Positions 1 through 8,112 of a DNA stretch of 25,956 nucleotides are shown one piece after another. The position numbers and the translations under genes are program-made. Source of the DNA: a virus (lineage: Duplodnaviria > Caudoviricetes); the IMG/VR virus record IMGVR_UViG_3300022072_000117, positions 1 to 25,956 of that record; one strand, written 5' to 3'. The notes below the pieces were generated by a model. The model was not told the DNA's origin and searched no databases. It saw only the letters and a list, made by a program, of their open reading frames with translations. Within the stretch, counting starts at the first letter, position 1, and the number at the start of each line of letters is the position of its first letter.

Positions 1-23
1 GGGGTTTATTAAATATATATTCT

Positions 24-31
24 TATCTTTG
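24..31 (+). promoter_or_regulatory. Bacteroidota sigma70-type -7 promoter element TATCTTTG
   Basis: Matches the TAnnTTTG consensus 19 nt upstream of ATG 51. Confidence 0.6.
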
Positions 32-50
32 GAGGAATAAATTTAAAATT

Positions 51-413
51 ATGGATTTAACAGGAAAAGCAAAAAAGCAGTTTGAAGAATGGTTTGCCGA
101 ATTAGTCAATAGTGATACAAGTGGGTATTTAGATGATATAATTTTTATAATGTCAACACAAACATATTCATTTTCAGACCTCCCTGACCCTATGAAGTGG
201 GGCGTGTATGTAGACTTTTTTGATAGTGTTGGGGTGAATATATCAGTATTGCCGTATTGGGAAGGAAGATATGTGAGAGGTTTTGAGCCTTCTATTTATG
301 AAGATGGAAAAACACCTTTAACATTATATCAACAAGATGATGTATTCACAACCAGACCAGAAGCAAGAATAGCAGCGATTGAAAAAGCAAACGAAATAGT
401 AAACAATAGATAA
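51..413 (+). CDS. phage hypothetical protein
   Basis: 120-aa ORF with AATTATG start after a promoter element; next gene starts 3 nt after the stop. Confidence 0.75.
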   Translation: MDLTGKAKKQFEEWFAELVNSDTSGYLDDIIFIMSTQTYSFSDLPDPMKWGVYVDFFDSVGVNISVLPYWEGRYVRGFEPSIYEDGKTPLTLYQQDDVFTTRPEARIAAIEKANEIVNNR

Positions 414-416
414 ATT

Positions 417-1451
417 ATGAAAGAGCAACACAGACCAAGATTAACGCCTGACGAAGTAGAAGCAGTTAATAACTACAGACGCTTAAAGGATGAAGCAGAG
501 GCGCAAGGATTAGACCCTGCCTCAGTTAAGCAAGCATGGATTAAAACAGATGAAGCTAGCTTATTTGTAAAGAATCCAAACTTTAAAACGGTTGAAGAAT
601 TAAGAGTTGACAATCTATTTGACGAAATCGTAAAGGAATGTCAAAACTATTCACCTAAATATCCAAAGATTAAACGTAAACCTTCAAAAGATGGGCATTG
701 TTTAGTTGTTGACCCTGCCGATATTCACATAGGAAAACTTTGCAGTAAGTTTGAGGTAGGTAAAGACTATAACCAACAGATAGCTGTTAAACGTGTTTTG
801 GATGGTGTACAAGGTCTTTTAGATAAGTCTAGTGGTTTTCACTTAGATAAGATTATCTTCATTGCTGGTAACGATATTTTACACACTGATAATGCAAAGA
901 GACAAACAACAAGCGGAACTCCACAAGATACAGATGGAATGTGGTATGATAACTTTCTAACTGCTAAACAACTTTATATTGATATACTAGAAATGCTTAT
1001 GCAAGTAGCGGACGTTCACTTTGTGTTCAATCCAAGTAATCACGATTACCAAAGCGGTTTCTTTTTAGCTCAGTTAATAGAGTCACACTTTAGAAAGTCT
1101 AAGAACGTAACTTTTGATTGTTCTATAAGCCACCGTAAATACACAATGTACGGTAATAGTCTAATCGGTACTACTCACGGAGACGGTGCGAAGCAAGCAG
1201 ACTTAGGTAGTTTAATGAGTGTTGAAGCTAAGGATATGTGGATTAAAGCAGAACATAGATATTACTATACGCACCACGTACACCACAAGACAGCTAAAGA
1301 TTATATTAACGTAACAGTTGAGAGTTTACGCTCTCCAAGTGTTAGTGACTCATGGCATTATAGAAATGGCTATGTATCACCTGAAGCAGTAGAAGCGTTC
1401 GTACACTCTAAAGAACACGGACAAATAGCAAGATTAACACACTTATTCTAA
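417..1451 (+). CDS. calcineurin-like metallophosphoesterase
   Basis: Motifs DIHIG, GNDILH, SNHD, THGD and HHVHH in the canonical order. Confidence 0.85.
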   Translation: MKEQHRPRLTPDEVEAVNNYRRLKDEAEAQGLDPASVKQAWIKTDEASLFVKNPNFKTVEELRVDNLFDEIVKECQNYSPKYPKIKRKPSKDGHCLVVDPADIHIGKLCSKFEVGKDYNQQIAVKRVLDGVQGLLDKSSGFHLDKIIFIAGNDILHTDNAKRQTTSGTPQDTDGMWYDNFLTAKQLYIDILEMLMQVADVHFVFNPSNHDYQSGFFLAQLIESHFRKSKNVTFDCSISHRKYTMYGNSLIGTTHGDGAKQADLGSLMSVEAKDMWIKAEHRYYYTHHVHHKTAKDYINVTVESLRSPSVSDSWHYRNGYVSPEAVEAFVHSKEHGQIARLTHLF

Positions 1452-1471
1452 CCATTATACCCGACAAGGTG

Positions 1472-1504
1472 AAGCCGTTACTTTAATTAGTAGCGGTTTT
1501 TTTT
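1472..1504 (+). terminator. rho-independent terminator
   Basis: AAGCCGTTACT-ttaatt-AGTAGCGGTTT stem followed by a T run. Confidence 0.85.
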
Positions 1505-1568
1505 CGCTCTGAAAACCCTGTAAACCCTAGAAACTTAAAAATAATTATATATTTTTTCACTTTTTTCA

Positions 1569-1598
1569 TTGTCAGTTTAAATAACTTCCGTAGATTTG
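1569..1598 (+). promoter_or_regulatory. Flavobacterium-type promoter TTG-N19-TAGATTTG
   Basis: Both the -33 and -7 elements are present at consensus spacing, just after a terminator. Confidence 0.75.
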
Positions 1599-1628
1599 AA
1601 TATAACAAAACGGTAAAACAATTAAATT

Positions 1629-1916
1629 ATGATAACAAGAGACCAATACAACAGTGCGCTAGACATTGTGGAGGCGTATCACTCACAATTATTTAAAATT
1701 AAGACTGAAAGCCCTAAAGAATTACTAATAGATTGGCTTGACAGGGTTGAGTTAAGTACTAGGACTAATAACGGGTTAAGGTTATTGTCAAGGTGGCATG
1801 ATAACTTACTATTTGTAGACGATTTAAACAAAGCTAATTTCTTAAAAGGAAAACACCTTGGACAAAAGAGTTGGACAGAGTTTAGTGACGAGAGGGATTA
1901 TAGAAAAAACAAATAA
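1629..1916 (+). CDS. small protein with RNA polymerase alpha-CTD-like (HhH) domain
   Basis: ELSTRTNNGL...VDDL...FLKGKHLGQKSWTEF resembles the alpha-CTD pattern LSVRxxNCL...xxDL...LLKxxNLGxKSLxEI. Confidence 0.55.
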   Translation: MITRDQYNSALDIVEAYHSQLFKIKTESPKELLIDWLDRVELSTRTNNGLRLLSRWHDNLLFVDDLNKANFLKGKHLGQKSWTEFSDERDYRKNK

Positions 1917-1919
1917 ATT

Positions 1920-2102
1920 ATGAAGCACGTAGACAGAATAGAGCAAGCAATTAAGCAAATTAGAACGCAGTTAAACTGCACTAACGAAATGTACAGCCCA
2001 GCAAGAACACAAGAATACTGGACAGCAGTACAGAAAGCAGAGAAAGAATTTGACGTTTCAGGCGTTAAGTTAGATTTAATTATACAATGTTTAAATAAAT
2101 AG
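1920..2102 (+). CDS. hypothetical protein
   Basis: 60-aa ORF, AATTATG start, tightly packed. Confidence 0.65.
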   Translation: MKHVDRIEQAIKQIRTQLNCTNEMYSPARTQEYWTAVQKAEKEFDVSGVKLDLIIQCLNK

Positions 2103-2107
2103 AAATT

Positions 2108-2323
2108 ATGATTGTAAAAACAAAATGGTATATCTACCTAACAGATGAAGATTTAAAAGATACAGCAAAAGATAAAGATATTACAATGCTTAGTCGTTAC
2201 GACTTTAAAAGATTGTCAGACGATTATTCAAACAAAGCATATTACATAGAGTACGAAGGAAAAAAGGGTAGTATTGTTTTAAAGAATAAGTTAACAACTA
2301 TAGCTGGAACAATTAACAAATAG
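2108..2323 (+). CDS. hypothetical protein
   Basis: 71-aa ORF, AATTATG start. Confidence 0.65.
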   Translation: MIVKTKWYIYLTDEDLKDTAKDKDITMLSRYDFKRLSDDYSNKAYYIEYEGKKGSIVLKNKLTTIAGTINK

Positions 2324-2328
2324 AAACT

Positions 2329-2697
2329 ATGACAATTTACGAAGTTAACGGAATATTTTTCACCGATTTAGAACAAGCAGAATTACACGCATTAGGAACG
2401 CACTACAAGATTAAGCACCACGCTATTAACGATAGTGAACACTTAGAAGTAGAAAGAGACGGTTTCGACGTTTACATAATAGACGAGAACAACAACAAGA
2501 CAGAAGTAGAGTACTCTTTACACGTTCGAGATATTACAGACTTCTCAATTGATGGAACGGTAATGATACACGACTACGAGAACATAAAAGTAAAAGGTTT
2601 TCCAATAGAGACAGCTGCGATTTCTGACAGATTAAAAGAAGAGATTGAAGGAATGGTACAAAGCTGTATTGATGATTTAAACGACGAAACATTATAA
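2329..2697 (+). CDS. hypothetical protein
   Basis: 122-aa acidic ORF in the operon. Confidence 0.7.
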   Translation: MTIYEVNGIFFTDLEQAELHALGTHYKIKHHAINDSEHLEVERDGFDVYIIDENNNKTEVEYSLHVRDITDFSIDGTVMIHDYENIKVKGFPIETAAISDRLKEEIEGMVQSCIDDLNDETL

Positions 2698-2699
2698 TT

Positions 2700-3101
2700 A
2701 TGAAAGTAGAAAAATTAGAATTAAAGCATTTAGTATCTTACTTGCCTTATGGATTAACGTGGTTTTGCTTAGACCAAGATAGCAGAGAATTTGAAGAACT
2801 ACCAACTTGTAAGCTATACGATTTAGAAAAACAAACTTTAGAAATTGGAGGTATGGACATTGATTTAGATGAATTACCATATCCAAACGGGTTAACAATC
2901 AAACCAATCCTTCGCCCTTTGTCGGATTTGAGAATGTTTGTTTCGTTCTCAGTACTAGACAATTTAATTGGCGTTGATGTTTACACGGATAAACTAACAT
3001 ATATCGAACTATCTTATTTATTCCAAAATCACTTCGACGTATTCGGACTAATCGATTCAGGGCTTGCAGTTGATATTAACACTTTGAAACATGAGAAATA
3101 G
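2700..3101 (+). CDS. phage hypothetical protein
   Basis: 133-aa ORF with YLPYGL...IKPILRPLSDL...HFDVFGLI, a pattern recalled from Bacteroidota phage proteins. Confidence 0.75.
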   Translation: MKVEKLELKHLVSYLPYGLTWFCLDQDSREFEELPTCKLYDLEKQTLEIGGMDIDLDELPYPNGLTIKPILRPLSDLRMFVSFSVLDNLIGVDVYTDKLTYIELSYLFQNHFDVFGLIDSGLAVDINTLKHEK

Positions 3102-3234
3102 AAGCAGTGCGGATAACATTACCTTAGTAATCCTAGCTATCGGAGTGTTAATGATTATCTTCTTTAGTCTTAAAAGCTACAAGAAGCCAGCAAAAGGATA
3201 TACATTAAGCGAATTTGAAACACAAACAGATTGA
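3091..3234 (+). CDS. small single-pass membrane protein (47 aa; not in the ORF track)
   Basis: MRNRSSADNITLVILAIGVLMIIFFSLKSYKKPAK...; hydrophobic stretch followed by basic residues; fills the gap between neighbours. Confidence 0.55.
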   Translation: MRNRSSADNITLVILAIGVLMIIFFSLKSYKKPAKGYTLSEFETQTD

Positions 3235-3235
3235 T

Positions 3236-3460
3236 ATGACACCAAAAGAAAAAGCAAAGGATTTAATATTTTCTGTAGTAGGATTATCTATTTGCAAAGG
3301 AATTAACAAAGAACAAACAAAACTACTAGCAAAACCACTAGCAAGCCTTATTGTAGACGAAATAGACTTAGCAATAGATTTTGATTGGATGGAGGTTCAG
3401 AATTTAGATAGACAACATAATTATTGGCAAGAAGTTAAAAAAGAAATAAAGAAACTATGA
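3236..3460 (+). CDS. hypothetical protein (MTPKEKAK...YWQEVKKEI type)
   Basis: ATG 3236 directly follows TGA 3234 and is more plausible than the TTG at 3215. Confidence 0.7.
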   Translation: MTPKEKAKDLIFSVVGLSICKGINKEQTKLLAKPLASLIVDEIDLAIDFDWMEVQNLDRQHNYWQEVKKEIKKL

Positions 3461-3636
3461 ACATACTAGATAAAATACAAGCAACATTCACACATACTAG
3501 CAAGCTAGAAGAGAAAGAGAATGTGTACGTTAAAGTAAGAACGGTGGACGCAAATGAAGGCGCAACGTTTAACGATAGAGCGCAAGGATTACAGGAGTTT
3601 AAAGAGAAAAGATTAAAACAGTTAAAAAACAAATAA
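3457..3636 (+). CDS. hypothetical protein (59 aa; not in the ORF track)
   Basis: ATGA overlap with the upstream stop; MNILDKIQATF...KQLKNK; ends 1 nt before the methyltransferase. Confidence 0.65.
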   Translation: MNILDKIQATFTHTSKLEEKENVYVKVRTVDANEGATFNDRAQGLQEFKEKRLKQLKNK

Positions 3637-3637
3637 G

Positions 3638-4291
3638 ATGAAAGTAACAGATAAAATAACAGTGACACAAGAAGACAACATGGAGTTAATGAGCCGTTAT
3701 CCTGACAACTATTTTGATTTAGCTATTGTTGACCCGCCTTATGGGATAGGTGCTGACAAAGCACAAAATGCTGGGGGAGATAAATGGGGGTATAAAGAGT
3801 ATAAAGACACAGACTGGGATAGCGGAATCCCTTCTGCTGAATACTTTAAGGAATTATTCAGAGTTTCTAAAAATCAGATTGTGTGGGGAGGGAACTACAT
3901 GACAGATTTCCTGCCTCCATCAATGTGTTGGATGATATGGAATAAGATGCAGAGGGGGTTTAGTTTAGCCGATGGAGAAATGGCGTGGACATCTTTTAAT
4001 AAAGCTATGAGGATATATGACCTGTCAAGAGGGGCTGCTATACAAGAAAACAATAAAGGATTAGATAAGTTTCACCCAACAGCAAAACCCATAAGTCTTT
4101 ATCATTGGTGTTTAGAAAAACTAGCAAAAGAAGGGGATAAAATACTAGACACTCATCTTGGCTCTGGTTCAATCGCTCTAGCCTGTCATGATTATGGCTT
4201 TGAATTAACAGCGTGCGAACTAGATAAAGACTATTTCGACGCAAGTATAAAACGAATTAATAATCACGTATCACAACAAAGACTATTCTAA
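3638..4291 (+). CDS. DNA N6-adenine/N4-cytosine methyltransferase (beta class), orphan
   Basis: Catalytic DPPY, then HPTAKP, then SAM-binding DTHLGSGS. Confidence 0.9.
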   Translation: MKVTDKITVTQEDNMELMSRYPDNYFDLAIVDPPYGIGADKAQNAGGDKWGYKEYKDTDWDSGIPSAEYFKELFRVSKNQIVWGGNYMTDFLPPSMCWMIWNKMQRGFSLADGEMAWTSFNKAMRIYDLSRGAAIQENNKGLDKFHPTAKPISLYHWCLEKLAKEGDKILDTHLGSGSIALACHDYGFELTACELDKDYFDASIKRINNHVSQQRLF

Positions 4292-4434
4292 TGACATACG
4301 AAATAAGAACACCTGACGGACGCAAACTAAAAGTTGAAGCAAAGAGTCGAGGGAACGCAATAAAGCAAGGAGAGAAGATTACAGGGGTAAGAGTAGAGAT
4401 AATTGACAATATTAAGATAAAATGGAAAGACTAA
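4291..4434 (+). CDS. hypothetical protein (47 aa; not in the ORF track)
   Basis: TAATG coupling to the methyltransferase stop; MTYEIRTPDGRKLKVEAKS... Confidence 0.55.
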   Translation: MTYEIRTPDGRKLKVEAKSRGNAIKQGEKITGVRVEIIDNIKIKWKD

Positions 4435-4760
4435 GAAAATACATAGCAGAAGAAGGACTAGACCAACGTAACAGAAAACGACAAGTTGTTTACACAAGAT
4501 TCTATTTAGCTGCATGGTTAAGAGACCAAGAGCCTGAAGCAACTTTAGAATGGATAGGTTCATTCTTTAACAATAAGCACGACTGGACTATTCACGCATT
4601 AACAGAATACGACAAGTATAAAGACGACAAGTTGTTTTTAAGCTACACTAGACACGTTAGAAGCCAGTTTGTTATGGGTGAGACTGACTTCGGAATTAAT
4701 CAAAGTATGTTAATGTATCAGATTTTAGCAAAACAAAATAGCAGATTAGTAGTTATTTAA
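4422..4760 (+). CDS. DnaA C-terminal (domain IV)-like HTH DNA-binding protein
   Basis: RKRQVVYTRFYLAAWLR...TLEWIGSFFNNKHDWTIHAL resembles the DnaA domain IV pattern; lies next to replication genes. Confidence 0.6.
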   Translation: MERLRKYIAEEGLDQRNRKRQVVYTRFYLAAWLRDQEPEATLEWIGSFFNNKHDWTIHALTEYDKYKDDKLFLSYTRHVRSQFVMGETDFGINQSMLMYQILAKQNSRLVVI

Positions 4761-4771
4761 GTATAAATTGC

Positions 4772-4779
4772 TATATTTG
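4772..4779 (+). promoter_or_regulatory. -7 promoter element TATATTTG
   Basis: Consensus match ahead of a structured leader. Confidence 0.65.
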
Positions 4780-4786
4780 CAGTTCA

Positions 4787-4871
4787 AGTAACGTAGGACT
4801 TACTAGAAATTTTATTGAAACCTCTGTTGAACGATGCCTTTCCTACGTGGCTAATTCGACAGGGGTTTTTT
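4787..4871 (+). promoter_or_regulatory. structured 5' leader / attenuator (two hairpins with complementary loops plus U tract)
   Basis: ACGTAGGA (4791-4798) is complementary to TCCTACGT (4841-4848); stem AAACCTCTGTTGAA/TTCGACAGGGGTTT then T run. Confidence 0.65.
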
Positions 4872-4885
4872 AACGCATTATAATT

Positions 4886-5584
4886 ATGAGTAATCAAGGA
4901 TGGATAAAGCTCCATAGGGGGTTATTAGATTGGGAATGGTATGACGACGTAAATACTAAAATAGTGTTCTTACATTTGATTTTAAAGGCTAATCACAAGG
5001 AAGTAAAGTACAGAGGCGAAACTATAAATGTTGGTTCTTTACTTACTGGTCGTGAATTATTATCTAAGGAAACTGGGTTAAGCGTGCAACAAATTAGGCG
5101 TGCGATTTCCAACCTAGAAACAACCAGAGAAATAACCACTAAAAAAAGCAGGAAAGGTACTGTTATTCAGATAGTTAAATACAAAGATTATCAAGTGGCA
5201 ACCAGTAAAACAACCGCAAAACAACCACAAAACAACCAGAAAGCAACCACTAACAAGAATGATAATAATGAAAAGAATGAAAAGAAACTTAGTGACTTTG
5301 AATTTTTCTGGGAGAATTACCCTACAAAAATTGGTAAGGCAAAGTGTTTAAAAAAGTTCTTAGATTTAAAGCAAGAAGATGTAGACAAGATAAAATCAAC
5401 TATAAAAGATTTTGCTGCTTATAAACAATTTAAAGGTTGGAATCATCCAAACCCTGAAACGTATCTAAATCAAGAACGTTGGAATGATGAGATAAAAACA
5501 CAAGAACATAAACAAAAAGATTTACCAATTGACCCTATAGTGGCACTAGCCCAAAAGGCAATGAAAGAAAACGGACTGATATGA
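4886..5584 (+). CDS. phage replication initiator / replisome organizer
   Basis: N-terminal GWIKLHR...wHTH, internal DNA repeats, C-terminal FEFFWENYP..K.GK...P.TYLNQERW; helicase follows. Confidence 0.8.
   Translation: MSNQGWIKLHRGLLDWEWYDDVNTKIVFLHLILKANHKEVKYRGETINVGSLLTGRELLSKETGLSVQQIRRAISNLETTREITTKKSRKGTVIQIVKYKDYQVATSKTTAKQPQNNQKATTNKNDNNEKNEKKLSDFEFFWENYPTKIGKAKCLKKFLDLKQEDVDKIKSTIKDFAAYKQFKGWNHPNPETYLNQERWNDEIKTQEHKQKDLPIDPIVALAQKAMKENGLI
5199..5250 (+). repeat. iteron-like CAACC repeats, putative replication origin
   Basis: CAACC at 5199, 5211, 5222, 5233 and 5244 (11-12 bp period) inside the initiator gene, followed by an A-rich tract. Confidence 0.7.
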
Positions 5585-6495
5585 TTTTAGAGAAAGGAAG
5601 TGACAACGATTACTTATTAGACTACAGACACGATAGAATACCTTTAGGACTTGGTATCGGTTGTGACTTAGATAAGCATTTACGATTCAAGCGAGGGCAG
5701 TATAACGGAGTTTTGGGAGGGAATAATGTTGGTAAGACTTATTTTATGGCTTGGTATTTTTTATGTTTAGCTGTAAAGCATGGTTTAAAGTTCGGGCTTT
5801 GGATGGATGAGAATAAAAAAGGGCGTGTTATGCGTGATTTAATCCAATGGTACACAGGCAGGCATTTTAAGACCTTAACAGATGAAGAGATTTTAAAAGC
5901 TGGGGGAGTTATAGAGTGTTATTTCTTTTTTATAGATAACAAGGAGCTTTATAAGCCTGAGGACTTACTTAACTTGTTCGAGACTAAAAAACCTGACGGA
6001 GTACTTTTAGACCCTTTCAACCAACTTAATAGACCTGTAGGATACAGCGAGAATGTGCCTTTTATAAGAAGTTTAAAGCATTGGTGCAAGACTACAGATA
6101 CAGCACTTTATTTAACCATGCACCCGAACACAGAGACACAACGTAAAAGTTCACAATATCCTGACGGTCACGAATGGGAGGGGCAACCAATGATGCCGCT
6201 TAAACACAATGCAGAAGGAGGTAGTACATTTAGCAACATGAGTGACGATTGGATAAATTTAAACAGATTAAACAAACTTGAATCAATGAAATACTTTACT
6301 ATGGTTGATATTGACAAGATAAAAGATGTAGACACAGGAGGTTCGATAACAAACACAGATACATACTTAATGTTCTTTTTTAATAACGGTTTAGGCTTTA
6401 CGATAAACGGAGTAAACCCATTAGCAGAGGTTCAGTCAAAATGGCAAGTTAAACCAATATCAAATAAAATCAGCGTATTAGGCGAGGATTTCTAA
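5581..6495 (+). CDS. DnaB-like (SF4/RecA-fold) replicative helicase
   Basis: Walker A GGNNVGKT, Walker B VLLDPFN, LTMHP motif; ATGA overlap with the initiator. Confidence 0.75.
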   Translation: MILEKGSDNDYLLDYRHDRIPLGLGIGCDLDKHLRFKRGQYNGVLGGNNVGKTYFMAWYFLCLAVKHGLKFGLWMDENKKGRVMRDLIQWYTGRHFKTLTDEEILKAGGVIECYFFFIDNKELYKPEDLLNLFETKKPDGVLLDPFNQLNRPVGYSENVPFIRSLKHWCKTTDTALYLTMHPNTETQRKSSQYPDGHEWEGQPMMPLKHNAEGGSTFSNMSDDWINLNRLNKLESMKYFTMVDIDKIKDVDTGGSITNTDTYLMFFFNNGLGFTINGVNPLAEVQSKWQVKPISNKISVLGEDF

Positions 6496-6505
6496 ATTAT
6501 TTATA

Positions 6506-6513
6506 TACATTTG
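6506..6513 (+). promoter_or_regulatory. -7 promoter element TACATTTG immediately before cassette 1
   Basis: Consensus TAnnTTTG ending 1 nt before the GTTAGCA cassette boundary. Confidence 0.55.
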
Positions 6514-6514
6514 T

Positions 6515-6850
6515 GTTAGCATTAGTAAAATTATAATTATGGAGCAGAAAGAAATGCAAATACCAACAGATATAGCAAGATTTAATTTTGGCTACCTTGG
6601 TGCGGAGATTCAATGGTTAAACCCATTTGATTCTATATCAATTTTTGAGTTAAGGAATAACAAAAACGAATTAATTTATAAGGCATATTTACAAACTGAA
6701 CCGATTACAATATTTGATATTGAAAAATATATCACTGAGTCATATTCGGTAGAAATAAAAAACATTGCAAGTGGTGAAATTAAATTGTATAGTATCGCTT
6801 ATTAATGCTAACACCAAACTAAACAACTGCGAAGTTGTGTTTAGTGACTG
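6515..6850 (+). mobile_element. integron-like gene cassette 1
   Basis: Starts GTTAGCATTAGTAA (6515-6528); its gene ends in the reverse complement TTATTAATGCTAAC (6799-6812, 13/14), followed by an attC-like hairpin ending in GTTA. Confidence 0.65.
6539..6805 (+). CDS. cassette-borne hypothetical protein
   Basis: 88-aa ORF whose stop codon lies in the inverted boundary repeat. Confidence 0.7.
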   Translation: MEQKEMQIPTDIARFNFGYLGAEIQWLNPFDSISIFELRNNKNELIYKAYLQTEPITIFDIEKYITESYSVEIKNIASGEIKLYSIAY

Positions 6851-6856
6851 TTATTA
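6806..6856. other. attC-like recombination site A (short)
   Basis: TGCTAAC-ACCAA-ACTAAAC-AACT-GCGA-AGTT-GT-GTTTAGT-GACT-GTTATTA: AAC/GTT cores, unpaired spacers, inner stem with a 2-nt bulge. Confidence 0.65.
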
Positions 6857-6901
6857 ACAAGTCAAGTTTAAAGAGTAAATAACTTGACATAAAAAAGAAA
6901 T

Positions 6902-7237
6902 ATGATAAATTTAGAATGGCATACGGAAGATATTTACACTGATTACTTGTTAGGTTTTAAAGATGGTAAAACTTATGTTCTCGGTGATGTGACACAAATA
7001 GAAAGTAAAGTTAGAGAAGACGAGAACGGAATAAGGACGCAATTTGAATATGAAGTTGAAACTGTAAATAGAGATAAAATTAAAGCCACTCTTTGTATTT
7101 GTTGCACATACTACAAAGAGCCTGTTTTGTGGGTAGATTTTACCGTACAAGAGAATGAAGATAATTGTATTGATTTAGGTGGATTTAATAACAGAAACTT
7201 TGCGAAAAAACTATTAGAAGACGAGGTTAAGATATGA
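6902..7237 (+). CDS. hypothetical protein
   Basis: 111-aa ORF; ATGA overlap with the next gene. Confidence 0.7.
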   Translation: MINLEWHTEDIYTDYLLGFKDGKTYVLGDVTQIESKVREDENGIRTQFEYEVETVNRDKIKATLCICCTYYKEPVLWVDFTVQENEDNCIDLGGFNNRNFAKKLLEDEVKI

Positions 7238-7506
7238 TAACATTTGAAAAAGAAACAGACGTACATTGGAAAGTACTTCGCTACGGTTCACCTATTGGAA
7301 GTCTAGGAATCAATAAAGCGTCTCTAAGAGTCTATATCGGTGACAGTGATATATTTGTATATCGAAAGAACGTAAACACGTCAGAACGGCTTAAAATGGT
7401 CTTAGAAATGATTTATCAGCAGAAGGAAGGAGTACAAAAACGATTAGAGAAGATGGAAGTAGATAACAGTATTAAATTTAAAAGTAAAGAATATGCCAAA
7501 ATGTAA
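7234..7506 (+). CDS. hypothetical protein
   Basis: 90-aa ORF, translationally coupled. Confidence 0.7.
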   Translation: MITFEKETDVHWKVLRYGSPIGSLGINKASLRVYIGDSDIFVYRKNVNTSERLKMVLEMIYQQKEGVQKRLEKMEVDNSIKFKSKEYAKM

Positions 7507-8011
7507 AAACTGCGGAAATAAATTCACGCCAGTAAGCTTTAACAGAAAATACTGCATCGAGAATGAGTGTAACGATTTATACTACGAAGAACTAAAAAAG
7601 AAGATGTTCAAGAGTTGGAATAAAGAAAAGAAAGTCAAGAAAGAGAATCTTCAAACAGTTCAAGAACTCATGAAGCTAACGCAGATAATCTTTAACAAGT
7701 GGATTCGAGAACGTGACAAAGGGCAACCGTGCATAAGTTGTGGAAATACTACACATAAAAAAGTAAACGCTGGTCACTTTGTAGCAAGCGGAAAGAGTAA
7801 GTTTTTGACGTTTAACGAGGATAACGTGCATCTACAATGTGAGTACTGCAATACGCACTTACACGGGAACTTAATTGATTATAGAATCAACCTGATAAAC
7901 AAAATAGGCTTAGAGCGTGTGGAATGGTTAGAAGCTAACAGGCATAAAACAAAGAAGCACACGAGAGAAGAATTAAAAGAAATTCAGGAAAAATATAGAA
8001 GTTTGAAATAA
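7493..8011 (+). CDS. ninG: NinG/Rap-family recombination endonuclease
   Basis: N-terminal CxxC...C, FNKWIRERD.GQPCISCG, NAGHF, NVHLQCEYCN, YRINLINKIG. Confidence 0.88.
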   Translation: MPKCKNCGNKFTPVSFNRKYCIENECNDLYYEELKKKMFKSWNKEKKVKKENLQTVQELMKLTQIIFNKWIRERDKGQPCISCGNTTHKKVNAGHFVASGKSKFLTFNEDNVHLQCEYCNTHLHGNLIDYRINLINKIGLERVEWLEANRHKTKKHTREELKEIQEKYRSLK

Positions 8012-8017
8012 AATGCT

Positions 8018-8025
8018 TATATTTG
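8018..8025 (+). promoter_or_regulatory. -7 promoter element TATATTTG
   Basis: Consensus match ahead of the second structured leader. Confidence 0.6.
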
Positions 8026-8027
8026 TC

Positions 8028-8108
8028 TTGTGTCTGGTCGCACGATAAGAAATTTTACAATTCCAATCAATGAAGCGACGACCAGCGTGGATTTGGTTGG
8101 TTTTTTTT
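8028..8108 (+). promoter_or_regulatory. structured 5' leader / attenuator, same architecture as 4787-4871
   Basis: CTGGTCG (8034-8040) is complementary to CGACCAG (8079-8085); stem CCAATCAA/TTGGTTGG then T8; shares the AGAAATTTTA linker. Confidence 0.65.
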
Positions 8109-8112
8109 ATGT

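Noticed and set aside
1511-1533. AAACCCT direct repeat, and similar AAAGAC repeats at 12685-12700
   Set aside because: Too short and low-complexity to support a function.
3638-4291. Restriction-modification system
   Set aside because: No adjacent restriction endonuclease; orphan methyltransferases are common in phages.
5199-5250. Short repeats considered as a CRISPR array
   Set aside because: Units are about 11 bp with no spacers and lie inside a gene; they fit iterons.
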